Assembly: GCA_002840435.1 (NCBI GenBank)
Contig: PHAT01000001.1
Location: 592,979 to 656,978 of the forward strand
DNA from: Deltaproteobacteria bacterium HGW-Deltaproteobacteria-6
Lineage (GTDB): Bacteria; Desulfobacterota; Syntrophia; Syntrophales; Smithellaceae
Reading direction: 5' to 3'
Length of the DNA stretch: 64,000 nucleotides
The notes beneath the pieces are model-generated. The model ran no database searches. It was not told where the DNA came from and saw only the letters and a program-made list of their open reading frames with translations. Within the stretch, counting starts at the first letter, position 1. The number at the start of each line of letters is the position of its first letter. Below, in pieces: positions 1 to 8,884 of the stretch. Position numbers and translations under genes: made by a program.

Positions 1-236
1 CTGGCAATCAGTTCGTCGATGTCGTTCCAGCCCTGAAACATGGCGTCGTAATCGTGGCGCATCTGATCGAGCGCCCCGGTCACGTAAACCTCCAGCCCCG
101 GTGAGTTTTTTTCCAGCCCGGACGAGACATGAACAGGCCGTAGTCCTTTTTCTCTTATGGCTTTTGGATAGAACTGGCCGGTCGAATAGCCATCGACGAC
201 AAGGGCAACGCTAAAGGGCGCAATGTTTTGATCCAT
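1..236 (-). CDS. N-terminal part of a gene that runs off the left edge (possible ATP-grasp family enzyme)
   Basis: Hand translation of the minus strand from the ATG at 236-234 gives MDQNIAPFSVALVVDGYSTGQFYPKAIREKGLRPVHVSSGLEKNSPGLEVYVTGALDQMRHDYDAMFQGWNDIDELIA. The frame stays open to position 1. It is missing from the ORF track only because it is truncated. The family call is tentative, based on a pre-ATP-grasp-like N-terminus. Confidence 0.5.
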   Translation of the reverse strand, partial: MDQNIAPFSVALVVDGYSTGQFYPKAIREKGLRPVHVSSGLEKNSPGLEVYVTGALDQMRHDYDAMFQGWNDIDELIA

Positions 237-376
237 GATGATACTCCTATTTTTCAAGATCCTGCGGGCTCACGTGATTGCAGAGACAGCCGTTCCAATG
301 CGGCGACACACTCCGAATCCCACTTTGTGCCGGCTGTTGTTCACCGGGAGCGTGAGCGATCCGGTGGAGCGACGGG

Positions 377-901
377 TTATGCGCCCATTTCTTTATTATT
401 CTTTCTTACAGAAACCACCAAATCATTTGGCAAAGGCCAAAGTACAATTTCTATAAAAGGAGCAATAGAATCAAAAAAGCTCTCATATCTTTTAGCAAAA
501 TCTCGCCAATAATCTTCATTCATATAAATAGTTTCATACTCATTCATATAAACAGATAAAATCAGTTGATAGTTGAGATCGTAACCCTTTTTGGCTTTTT
601 CTATTTTCTCCCTTATTCTATCTAAAATCCGACTTTCATAGGTATCTGTGTTTTGTTGATTTTCTAGTATATATTCAGATTTATCGCTCATATGCTTATC
701 TGGAACGCTTCTCTCATTAAGATACTCTGATGTAAGTTCAATTCCAAACTCTTCACCTGTTAATTCATCTTTGACAATTCTATCTGGTTTTTCTCTTTCA
801 TTAATGACTATGAAATGTCTTCCATGCTTCAATTTTTTATAAGAATCGATAAATCCTTTAATTTCAAAATTTTCACAATCCTTTTTATTTGGCCAATTCA
901 T
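377..901 (-). CDS. hypothetical protein, orphan gene in an AT-rich islet
   Basis: 174-aa ORF from the track. It is clearly more AT-rich than both flanks and is K/E/N/Y-rich. I recognise no family. The stretch EKPDRIVKDELTGEEFGIELTSE only weakly recalls a PD-(D/E)xK nuclease core. Confidence 0.55.
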   Translation of the reverse strand: MNWPNKKDCENFEIKGFIDSYKKLKHGRHFIVINEREKPDRIVKDELTGEEFGIELTSEYLNERSVPDKHMSDKSEYILENQQNTDTYESRILDRIREKIEKAKKGYDLNYQLILSVYMNEYETIYMNEDYWRDFAKRYESFFDSIAPFIEIVLWPLPNDLVVSVRKNNKEMGA

Positions 902-1117
902 AATAATTCACCGCATAACAATTAAATATACTTGGTGGGTATTTTCCGAAATTTGTTGGAATCTTACCCTATTTAACAAGAAATGCAAATTCAAACTCAC
1001 CATGATATCAAGGATAATGAAATTCGGGTACATGGCATTTCATGGTAATAAGGACAAAGAGAACTTCGTAATTTATAGTAATTTGGCTAATGTTTTTATT
1101 ATAAGAAATGAATTCAA

Positions 1118-1149
1118 TTGTAGGGAACAGTCGCGACTGTTCCCTACAA
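1118..1149. repeat. perfect 32-bp palindrome TTGTAGGGAACAGTCG/CGACTGTTCCCTACAA
   Basis: Read directly: the two 16-nt halves are exact reverse complements with no spacer. It lies in the AT-rich divergent intergenic region between 377..901 (-) and rpmB (+). Confidence 0.9.
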
Positions 1150-1256
1150 ACATTTTGAGTATCATGCAAAATAGTTTCGCGATATTGCAAAAAATGCTTG
1201 CAAAATAACCTATTATAGCTTAGTAACGACGCACATTTTCAAGAAGGAGTTTTATT

Positions 1257-1454
1257 ATGTCTCGTATTTGTGAAGTATGTGGAAAAAAGCCGGCGGTCGG
1301 CAATAATGTCAGTCACGCCAATAACAAGAGCAAGACCGTTTGGCGTCCGAATCTCCAGAAGTTACGCTGTGTTGATGAAAAAACGGGAGCCGTGAAAAGA
1401 GTTAAAGCGTGTACGCGTTGCATCCGTTCCGGTTTTGTTAAAAAAGCAAGCTAA
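1257..1454 (+). CDS. rpmB: 50S ribosomal protein L28
   Basis: 65 aa, [35 protein letters not shown]..., a typical L28 sequence. An AAGGAG Shine-Dalgarno lies 8 nt upstream of the ATG. Confidence 0.95.
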   Translation: MSRICEVCGKKPAVGNNVSHANNKSKTVWRPNLQKLRCVDEKTGAVKRVKACTRCIRSGFVKKAS

Positions 1455-2239
1455 TCCGTTGGAAGCCAACCGATTTTTCTGATGGCCGCGGCAGTCTGTT
1501 GAAGAAAATCTTCATTTTCAATGGAATCAAGGGCATCCTGAAACAAGGTTTGAATCGCATCAGCAAATATTGCATTATCATTTTTGAGGCCGAATTTGCC
1601 CGTAAAAAGACGAATTCGGCCTTCGATATTCATGATCTTGTCCATTCTTTCTTTGGTAAGATATAGTGCCGCATTTTTCAGCACGTCCTGAACGGCACTT
1701 TTTTCAATACCGTAAAGCCAGCCAATTTCTCCGCAAAATTCATTTCCTCTTCTGTCCAGCGTAAAATGAATCGCCTCTTCCAAAAGATCAATCGACCGGT
1801 CGGCGTGAATGCGCGACAAAATCACCAGGTCATAAATCATCTCAATGATTAAATGGGAACGGTATGCCGCTTCGTTATAGGAAATGTCGCGGTCAATGAT
1901 TTTATGTAATTCCATGATGGAACCGATAAGATGCTTTCCTTTCAGGTATGTATAGCCCGCGGAATGAGGATCAAATCCTTCCTGACAGGTCAGCGAAATG
2001 TTCCCGTAATGCGCCAGATCGTCCACCAGCAGATGAAACATGATATACGCGGTTCGTTTATGATCCGGAGGAACTTCGATCAAACGGTTAATGGAATGCG
2101 TTTGATTGGAATTGATGTCGGGATGGATGGTCAGCAAGTCGGGGGCAATGTTATAAATGTAGATGTCCGGATCGCTGTTTTTGATGTCGGAAGCGTCCAT
2201 GATTTGCTGCAATAAATAGGTATGGGTTAACATCAACAT
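1451..2239 (-). CDS. hypothetical protein (262 aa), co-transcribed with the DUF4911-like gene
   Basis: Long ORF with normal composition. Its start overlaps the stop of 2233..2466. No family recognised (His/Asp-rich stretch [11 protein letters not shown]). Confidence 0.7.
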   Translation of the reverse strand: MLMLTHTYLLQQIMDASDIKNSDPDIYIYNIAPDLLTIHPDINSNQTHSINRLIEVPPDHKRTAYIMFHLLVDDLAHYGNISLTCQEGFDPHSAGYTYLKGKHLIGSIMELHKIIDRDISYNEAAYRSHLIIEMIYDLVILSRIHADRSIDLLEEAIHFTLDRRGNEFCGEIGWLYGIEKSAVQDVLKNAALYLTKERMDKIMNIEGRIRLFTGKFGLKNDNAIFADAIQTLFQDALDSIENEDFLQQTAAAIRKIGWLPTD

Positions 2240-2466
2240 AAAGACACCTGATGACGGCAGGACGGTATTTCTTCCATCAAAAAACGGCCTTTGAGATCGT
2301 CCAGAATACCTTCCATCTCCTCAAGAAAATCCGGCATGATTAATACTTGAATAATGGCTTCTTTAGGATCGATTGTGGAGACAGTGGCCAACCCTTCGTA
2401 TCCTTCGATAATAAACTGGACAAGGGTGATATCGCTTGTCTTTAATTTAAACCATTTCGTAATCAT
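2233..2466 (-). CDS. DUF4911-like small protein
   Basis: 77 aa. The segment LVQFIIEGYEGLATVSTIDPKEAIIQV matches my memory of the DUF4911 family. Confidence 0.6.
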   Translation of the reverse strand: MITKWFKLKTSDITLVQFIIEGYEGLATVSTIDPKEAIIQVLIMPDFLEEMEGILDDLKGRFLMEEIPSCRHQVSLC

Positions 2467-2611
2467 ATCTTATGTGCGGACTACCATTTATTTTTTTAAA
2501 GATCAAGAAACTAAGACTGCGCAGTTATTACCGTCAAAGGATAAACACCGCGATTTAACAGTGAAATGTATAAATAAATTCAAATTATTATTCAGGATAA
2601 CCAATGAAGGC

Positions 2612-2639
2612 TTGACATAAGATCTGTCACTGATATGAT
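2612..2639 (+). promoter_or_regulatory. candidate sigma70-type promoter (TTGACA - 16 nt - TATGAT) upstream of recJ
   Basis: TTGACA at 2612-2617 and TATGAT at 2634-2639. The first in-frame ATG of recJ (2635) sits inside the -10 box, which argues for the ATG at 2671 as the real start. Confidence 0.35.
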
Positions 2640-4410
2640 AGCCGCAAAATTACAATTCAAAGAAGAAAACATGCTCGAAGAAGGACACCTGCCGGTAACA
2701 CAATGGAAGCTTAAAGATTCCGGCAATAATAATATAGTAGAATCGCTGGCGAAGGAATTTGGCATCCCCCGGATCATTTCTCAATTGATATTAAACCGGC
2801 ATGTTGACAGCCTGGAAGATGCTTACCAATATCTTCATCCTTCACTCAATGATCTGCACAGCCCTTTTCTGATGCAGGACATGAAGAAAGGCGTGACCAG
2901 ACTGATCAACGCCATTTATGCCGGCGAAGAAATTGTTATCTACGGCGACTACGATGCTGACGGCATCACCTCGGTCGTTATTCTTTATAAATTTATCAAA
3001 GAACTGACCTCGCATGTATCCTATTATATTCCGGACAGGGTGCTGGAAGGTTACGGCCTGAAAAATCCGGTCATCGACCAATTCAAAAGCAAAAACGTCA
3101 AACTGATTATTACGGTGGATTGCGGTGTTTCCGATGTCGAACAAATCGCTTACGCGAAGTCCATCGGCATCGACACGATTGTGCTGGACCATCATGAAAT
3201 ATCCGATCAGCTTCCAGTAGCGGTCGCCTGCATAAATCCGAACCGATCCGATTGCTTATTTCCCTTTAAACATCTGGCCGGCGTCGGGATTGCCTTCTAT
3301 TTTCTCATCGCTCTGCGGGGGACTTTGCGTAAAGAAGGCTTCTGGAAAGATGGAAAATATCCCAACCTGAAAGAATATCTGGACGTTGTAGCCTTGGGAA
3401 CAATCGGCGATATCGCTCCGCTCGCCCGCGAAAACCGGATATTTGCTAAAATTGGTTTGGAACTGGTCACTGAAGGCAAACGCCCCGGTATCAAGGCCCT
3501 CAAAGAAGTCAGTGGTATTGATGGGCAGATCATCGATTCCTTTAAGGCCTCTTTCTGCCTGATACCCCGTATTAATGCGGCAGGAAGAATTGCTTCTCCG
3601 CTGGATGCGGTTGAACTGCTCCTGGCGGAGAATATGGCTGAGGCCCGTCCGCTTGCCGAGAAGCTTGATTTGCATAACCGGCGGCGCCAGGCCATGGAAA
3701 AAGATATCCTCAAAGACATTCTCGGACAGTTGGGAACAAACCCCGATCTGGAAAATATGAACGCTTTGGTTTTTTCTTCCGAAAAATGGCATCCCGGCGT
3801 CGTGGGCATTGTGGCCTCACGCCTGGTGGATCTATACAGCCGTCCGACTTTTGTCATCAGCATTAAAAACGGCGTAGGTAAAGGGTCCGGCCGCAGCGTT
3901 TCTGATTTTAATATTCATAAGGGCTTGCAGCAGTGCGCGCCGCTGTTGTTGTCTTTCGGCGGCCACTATCGGGCAGCGGGAATTTCCATTAAAGAGGATG
4001 ATATTGACGAATTTGCCTGCATGCTGGATGAAATTATCCGGAATACCGTTCAAGCCTCGGAAATGGTTTCTCATACTTTTATTGACGCGGAATGCGATCT
4101 TCAGGATATCAACATCGATCTGATCAGTCAGATGACAAAACTTGCGCCCTTCGGCTGTGAGAATCCCGAACCGATCCTTTGCGCCCGCAACATCAAGGCA
4201 TTGTCACCTGTCATTGTCGGCAACAACCACCTTAAAATGCGCCTGACGTCAAACGGAGCATCATTGAATGCCATCTGGTTCGGCATGGGCAAACATCTGG
4301 GCGCCATTAACGGAGCAAATCTGGATGTTGTATTTTCCCCTCAGATTAATTACTGGAACGGTTCATCCGATGTTCAGCTGAAAATTAAGGACGCTGCCGT
4401 TCTGTCTTAA
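2635..4410 (+). CDS. recJ: single-stranded-DNA-specific exonuclease RecJ
   Basis: 591 aa. It has the DHH-family motifs (IYGDYDADGITS, TVDCG, VLDHHE) and a C-terminal OB-fold region typical of RecJ. The start may be the ATG at 2671 (MLEEGHLPVTQW...). Confidence 0.92.
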   Translation: MIAAKLQFKEENMLEEGHLPVTQWKLKDSGNNNIVESLAKEFGIPRIISQLILNRHVDSLEDAYQYLHPSLNDLHSPFLMQDMKKGVTRLINAIYAGEEIVIYGDYDADGITSVVILYKFIKELTSHVSYYIPDRVLEGYGLKNPVIDQFKSKNVKLIITVDCGVSDVEQIAYAKSIGIDTIVLDHHEISDQLPVAVACINPNRSDCLFPFKHLAGVGIAFYFLIALRGTLRKEGFWKDGKYPNLKEYLDVVALGTIGDIAPLARENRIFAKIGLELVTEGKRPGIKALKEVSGIDGQIIDSFKASFCLIPRINAAGRIASPLDAVELLLAENMAEARPLAEKLDLHNRRRQAMEKDILKDILGQLGTNPDLENMNALVFSSEKWHPGVVGIVASRLVDLYSRPTFVISIKNGVGKGSGRSVSDFNIHKGLQQCAPLLLSFGGHYRAAGISIKEDDIDEFACMLDEIIRNTVQASEMVSHTFIDAECDLQDINIDLISQMTKLAPFGCENPEPILCARNIKALSPVIVGNNHLKMRLTSNGASLNAIWFGMGKHLGAINGANLDVVFSPQINYWNGSSDVQLKIKDAAVLS

Positions 4411-4420
4411 AGGATCCGGC

Positions 4421-4807
4421 ATGGATAAAGCGAAAAATGCAGCCCTGTTGAGCGCTCTTCTTTTTCCCGGATGGGGACAGTTTTACCTGAAACAATATAA
4501 AAGAGGATTGGTTTTCATCGTGCCCGTAATGGCAGGCCTTCTGGCTCTGGTCTGGTCGATTGCTCAGGTTGCCGTTACGATCATTAAAGCTGCGCCTTTA
4601 AAAAAAGGAACCCTTCGACTGGCAGACATCATCCAGGTAACGGATGACGCTCTGAAGGCCGTCAACATTTTTTATTTTATCATGATACTGATTCTGATCG
4701 GCGCCTTCTGGATTATTTCGATTATTGACGCGTATCACATCGGCAAAAAAATGATGTCGGCCCCTACCACTGCCTCTGGTCAAGAATCAACTTCTGATCA
4801 GGCGTAA
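4421..4807 (+). CDS. small membrane protein (3 predicted TM segments)
   Basis: 128 aa with LLFPGWGQFYLKQYKRG followed by hydrophobic helices. The start is 10 nt after the recJ stop. Its 3' end overlaps the convergent ligase gene by 44 nt. Confidence 0.65.
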   Translation: MDKAKNAALLSALLFPGWGQFYLKQYKRGLVFIVPVMAGLLALVWSIAQVAVTIIKAAPLKKGTLRLADIIQVTDDALKAVNIFYFIMILILIGAFWIISIIDAYHIGKKMMSAPTTASGQESTSDQA

Positions 4808-6017
4808 TCAAGCCTGCTTCCACATATTGAATCTCATCAATTTTGACCGTGCAAATTTCCTTAAAGATCTTCTTAAAGTTATTATCCCAGATGGCCGAAC
4901 CTGTTTCTTGATTTACCTTCTCTAGACGTAGCGTTAAAACATCCTCGTGACCTTTGCGGCTGACAATTGCCTGCAATGGCAGATTGTTGAATTTGGCTGA
5001 AATCATTTTGAGTTGACTCGGGGCGATAAACAACCCGCGGACTTTCACGGCATCCCCTACCCTGCCCGCAATACCGGCAAGCCGGTAGGCCGTTCGGCCG
5101 CAGGAGCATTTTTCGGTGATCAATCGCGATAAATCGCCTGTGCCGAAACGCAGCAGAAAGAAAATATCAATGAGGCGGGTTACGACGACTTCGCCTAATT
5201 CACCCGGCGCTACATTCTTTCCGGTTGTTGGATCGACAATTTCCACGATCGTTTCCTCGCAGATGTGCCAGCCGGATTTCCGTGAGCATTCATAAGCCAC
5301 ATCGCCTACCTCGGTTGCCCCATACATCTGATAGGTATCAATGCCGTATTCTTTTTCAAAGGCCTGTCGCAATGAAGGCAGCAGCGGCTCGGCGGCAAAG
5401 CAGGCTTTTTTTACCCGGAAATCTTTTTTGAAATTAAAACCCAGCTCCCGGGCTTTTGTGATGATGGACATCAGGAAGCTCGGTGTGCCGACGTAGGCAG
5501 TCACTTTCAAATCCTTGATCAGTTGGACCTGAACCTGCGATGAGGATGTGCCGGAAGGAACAACCGTCGCCCCGACTTTGCGCAATCCGTTGTGAAACGT
5601 CAGTCCGGCAGCGACAAGATGATAGGAAAAGGCATTAAGGGCAACGTCTTTGGGCCCGATACCCGCCGCGAAAAATGCTCTCGCCCACAGATAGTCCGTT
5701 TCGGAAAGATGCGGTTCATAAACCGGTCCCGGTGAGGTAAAAATGCGGTCGATGGATATTGAAGGATTTTCCAGTCCCGCATAAGGCGGATGCTTCATCT
5801 CCATTTCCACCAGTTTTTCCCGAGATGTGACCGGTAAACTTTCCAGATCTTCCCGTGTTTTAATTTTTGCGGGATTGATTTTGTGCCTGTCGAGTATTTT
5901 TTTTAATGCGGTTGACTTTTTATATCCCAGTTTCAGCATGGCGGACAGCGCCTGATCCTGTGTTGCCTTGCGCTCTTTTATTGAGGAATTTTCTCTGACG
6001 TCGAAATATTTTTTCAT
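4764..6017 (-). CDS. phenylacetate-CoA ligase (PaaK)/coenzyme F390 synthetase-family adenylating enzyme
   Basis: The track ORF 4764..6173 overlaps livF. The internal ATG at 6017 (MKKYFDVRENSS...) lies 10 nt after the livF stop. YQMYGATE and GDLS-type motifs and overall similarity fit PaaK-like ligases. Confidence 0.8.
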   Translation of the reverse strand: MKKYFDVRENSSIKERKATQDQALSAMLKLGYKKSTALKKILDRHKINPAKIKTREDLESLPVTSREKLVEMEMKHPPYAGLENPSISIDRIFTSPGPVYEPHLSETDYLWARAFFAAGIGPKDVALNAFSYHLVAAGLTFHNGLRKVGATVVPSGTSSSQVQVQLIKDLKVTAYVGTPSFLMSIITKARELGFNFKKDFRVKKACFAAEPLLPSLRQAFEKEYGIDTYQMYGATEVGDVAYECSRKSGWHICEETIVEIVDPTTGKNVAPGELGEVVVTRLIDIFFLLRFGTGDLSRLITEKCSCGRTAYRLAGIAGRVGDAVKVRGLFIAPSQLKMISAKFNNLPLQAIVSRKGHEDVLTLRLEKVNQETGSAIWDNNFKKIFKEICTVKIDEIQYVEAGLITPDQKLILDQRQW

Positions 6018-6027
6018 AAGTCCCCCT

Positions 6028-6828
6028 TTACAGCCAGCGTTTGCGGCGGCGGTAGGCTTTAACATCCTTGTAGGATTTGGCAATGCCCGATGCCGCCATT
6101 CCCAGGTAAAATTCTTTAACGTCCGGATTGTCTGAAAGTTCTTTGGACGTTCCTTCCATGACGATCTTGCCATTTTCCATCACATAGCCGTAATGAGCGA
6201 CCTGCAGCGCCATATTGGCGTTTTGTTCGACTAACACAATGGTTGTGGCGTGTTCTTCGTTGATCTTTTTGATGATGTGGAAGATCTCCTGAACGACCAG
6301 CGGCGCCAGTCCCAGCGACGGCTCATCCAGCATCAGCAGTTGCGGATGAGCCATTAACGCCCGGCCGATCACCAGCATCTGCAACTCTCCGCCGCTGCAA
6401 TAACCGGCCAGCGCTTTTTTTCTTTTCACCAGCGCCGGGAAATAATGATAGACCATTTCCAGATCCTGCTTATAGGGCTTGCCCGGTCTTGTTGCCGTAC
6501 CCACGCGCAGATTTTCTTCAATGGTCAGATATTTAAAAGGCTGGCGGCCTTCCAGCACCTGAATGATACCCTGGCGGGTAATAAATTCCGGCGCCTGGTT
6601 TTGAATGTTCACGCCGTTGCAAATGATATCGCCATCCGTCACTTCGCCGTTTTCCGGTTTCAGCAAACCGGAAATCGCCTTGAGCGTGGTGGTCTTCCCT
6701 GCGCCGTTGCTGCCCAGAAGCGACACAATATGCCCCCGTTCCACCGTCAGCGACACGCCTTTCAGCACCTGAATGACGTTGGAATAAACGACGGAAATGT
6801 TATTGAGTTGTAAAAGAATGTCTCCCAT
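6028..6828 (-). CDS. livF: branched-chain-amino-acid-type ABC transporter ATP-binding protein (LivF-like)
   Basis: Walker A GSNGAGKTT, signature CSGGELQM, Walker B LLMLDEPS. Confidence 0.9.
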   Translation of the reverse strand: MGDILLQLNNISVVYSNVIQVLKGVSLTVERGHIVSLLGSNGAGKTTTLKAISGLLKPENGEVTDGDIICNGVNIQNQAPEFITRQGIIQVLEGRQPFKYLTIEENLRVGTATRPGKPYKQDLEMVYHYFPALVKRKKALAGYCSGGELQMLVIGRALMAHPQLLMLDEPSLGLAPLVVQEIFHIIKKINEEHATTIVLVEQNANMALQVAHYGYVMENGKIVMEGTSKELSDNPDVKEFYLGMAASGIAKSYKDVKAYRRRKRWL

Positions 6829-6872
6829 ATGTTATCCTACCTAACCCCGCTATGCGGGATAAGTGCGTTAAC

Positions 6873-6910
6873 GAAATTATTTTCTCCAATCATTTGCGGA
6901 AAATAATTTC
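6873..6910 (-). other. intercistronic hairpin (12-bp AU-rich stem, 14-nt loop) between livM-like and livF-like genes
   Basis: GAAATTATTTTC at 6873-6884 and its exact reverse complement GAAAATAATTTC at 6899-6910. Confidence 0.5.
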
Positions 6911-6917
6911 TAACTTA

Positions 6918-7988
6918 CTAATACGAAAACGGCCAGAGCCGGAAATTTGAACGCACAATCCGCCACAATTCAGCGAGCCCCTTCGGTTCCAGCAGAATGA
7001 ACAGGACAATGGCCAGACCGAAAACAAACTCACGAAGCGGCGCCATATTCAACCCCATGCTGGTGATCACACCAACGTTCATCAGCGACCCCGTCGCGAA
7101 TCGCAAAACCTCATTCAGAATGGTAATGAAGGTCGCGCCGAAAATTGCGCCGGGAATGTTGCCCATGCCGCCGATAATAACCATGGCGATAAACTCCACC
7201 GAAAGCCCCAGATTGAATGGTTCGGTGGTAATGCTGACCATGTAATAAGCCCAGAGGGCGCCGGCAAATCCGGCATAGAACGAGCTGATGGCAAACGACA
7301 GCAGTTTATACTTGAAAATGGGAATTCCCATTCCTTCCGCAGCGCGGTCATTGTCGCGGATGGCAATAAACGCCCGTCCGTACTTGCTGCGCATGATATT
7401 AACGGCAAACCAGGTCATCGAAACGAGGCAAACGAAAATCAAAAAGAAAAAAGCTTTATCGCCTGCAATATCCCAACCCAGAATACTGGGGCCGGGCAAT
7501 GTAATGCCCATGGTTCCCTTGGTGAGGCTTTCCCACTGAATCAGCACATATTCAATAATGATTTGCCCGGCGAGCGTCGCAATCGTCAAATAAAGCCCTT
7601 TCAGCCGGCCGGATGGAATACCGAAGATCATACCGATCATGGCGGTAACCAGACCGGCTGCGGGAATGGACAGGTAAAACGGCACATCCAGACGCGTCGC
7701 CAGGATCGCCGCGGCATAAGCGCCAACGCCGAAGAACGCCCCATGCCCCAGAGAGATCTGCCCGGTGTAGCCAACGAGGATATTGAGGCCTATCGCGGCA
7801 ATCGCCAGAATGCCGATGGTGTTTAAAATGTAAAGCAGATAAGAGCTTAAAAATAATGGCGCGAGTCCGAAAAGCAGAATCAGAAAGCCGCCCATGCAGC
7901 ACCTGCCGAACCAGGTTTCGAAGATGGATAATTCCTCGGCGTAATTTTCGCGATAGTTACCGCAGGGATGAAAAGATAATTTTTTCAT
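6918..7988 (-). CDS. livM: LIV-type ABC transporter permease (LivM-like)
   Basis: 356 aa, polytopic membrane protein with typical LivM-family sequence (GQISLGHGAFFGVGAY). Confidence 0.9.
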   Translation of the reverse strand: MKKLSFHPCGNYRENYAEELSIFETWFGRCCMGGFLILLFGLAPLFLSSYLLYILNTIGILAIAAIGLNILVGYTGQISLGHGAFFGVGAYAAAILATRLDVPFYLSIPAAGLVTAMIGMIFGIPSGRLKGLYLTIATLAGQIIIEYVLIQWESLTKGTMGITLPGPSILGWDIAGDKAFFFLIFVCLVSMTWFAVNIMRSKYGRAFIAIRDNDRAAEGMGIPIFKYKLLSFAISSFYAGFAGALWAYYMVSITTEPFNLGLSVEFIAMVIIGGMGNIPGAIFGATFITILNEVLRFATGSLMNVGVITSMGLNMAPLREFVFGLAIVLFILLEPKGLAELWRIVRSNFRLWPFSY

Positions 7989-7994
7989 AAATAT

Positions 7995-8873
7995 TTAAAC
8001 TCTTTCAATCTCCACCAGACCGAACAGGCCATAGGGTTTAACCATCAAAATGAAGACCAGGACAATGTAAGGCACAACATCGCGAAGCGACGGCGAGAGG
8101 TAACCACCGGTAAAGGTCTCCAGAAGGCCGATAATGATCCCTCCGATGATCGCGCCGCCGATGCTGTCCAACCCGCCTAAAATGACCACCGGAAATACCT
8201 TCAGTCCGATGGCGCTTAAATCATGAACATTGACGCCGTTGATGATGCCCAGGACAATTCCGCTCATGCATGCCACCATGGCCGCAATGGCCCAGGATAG
8301 CGCAAAGACGCGCCGGACATGAACGCCCAGCGACAAAGCGGCCTTTTGATTATCGGCCACGGACCGCATAAAAATCCCCTGTGATGATTTTTTAAAAAAC
8401 AATCCGAAGAGAATCAGAAAAATAACGCTGATGACCAGTGTGGCTGAATAAACCGGGGCGATGTAAATGGAACCTAAATGCAGTTCCAGTTCCGGAGGCA
8501 GAAATTCAGGATAGGTTTGCAGATTGCCGCCCCAGATCAGCAGGATGAGGCCTTTGAACATGGCGGACAGTCCCACGGTAAGCATAATGACAAAAATCAG
8601 TTTTTCACCGATAAGCGGCCTCAGAAAGAATTTTTCAATCAGGACGCCCAGGATAAAGCAGCCGGCCAGCGTAATTAAGAATGAAGCCGCAATCGGGAGT
8701 TTTCCCCAGGTAACAAGCGATAGAAAAAAGAAAGCGCCCAGCGCCAGCAACTCACCATGAGCAAAATTAAGAACGCTCGACGCTTTGAAGATCATGACAA
8801 ATCCCATGGCGGATATGCCGTAAAGGAGTCCGACACAAACCCCGTTGACCAATAACTGTAGAAAAAATTCCAT
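7995..8873 (-). CDS. livH: LIV-type ABC transporter permease (LivH-like)
   Basis: 292 aa, polytopic. The N-terminus MEFFLQLLVNGVCVGLLYGISAMGFVMIF is typical of LivH. Confidence 0.9.
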   Translation of the reverse strand: MEFFLQLLVNGVCVGLLYGISAMGFVMIFKASSVLNFAHGELLALGAFFFLSLVTWGKLPIAASFLITLAGCFILGVLIEKFFLRPLIGEKLIFVIMLTVGLSAMFKGLILLIWGGNLQTYPEFLPPELELHLGSIYIAPVYSATLVISVIFLILFGLFFKKSSQGIFMRSVADNQKAALSLGVHVRRVFALSWAIAAMVACMSGIVLGIINGVNVHDLSAIGLKVFPVVILGGLDSIGGAIIGGIIIGLLETFTGGYLSPSLRDVVPYIVLVFILMVKPYGLFGLVEIERV

Positions 8874-8884
8874 ATTCTGATTCC

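Noticed and set aside
228-512. Two overlapping plus-strand ORFs (94 and 73 aa)
   Set aside because: They bridge the start of the truncated minus-strand gene, an intergenic gap and the 3' end of 377..901. They show no coding signal.
1002-1208. Small ORFs on both strands in the AT-rich region upstream of rpmB
   Set aside because: Both read through the 32-bp perfect palindrome, which makes mirror-image ORFs by construction. There is no Shine-Dalgarno, and the composition is that of AT-rich non-coding DNA.
3256-3863. Two overlapping minus-strand ORFs (178 and 188 aa)
   Set aside because: Both are antisense to recJ, whose DHH motifs are unambiguous.
6018-6173. Longer start (6173) for the PaaK-like ligase
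   Set aside because: The extension overlaps the 3' end of the LivF-like gene in another frame. The ATG at 6017 gives a typical N-terminus 10 nt after the livF stop.
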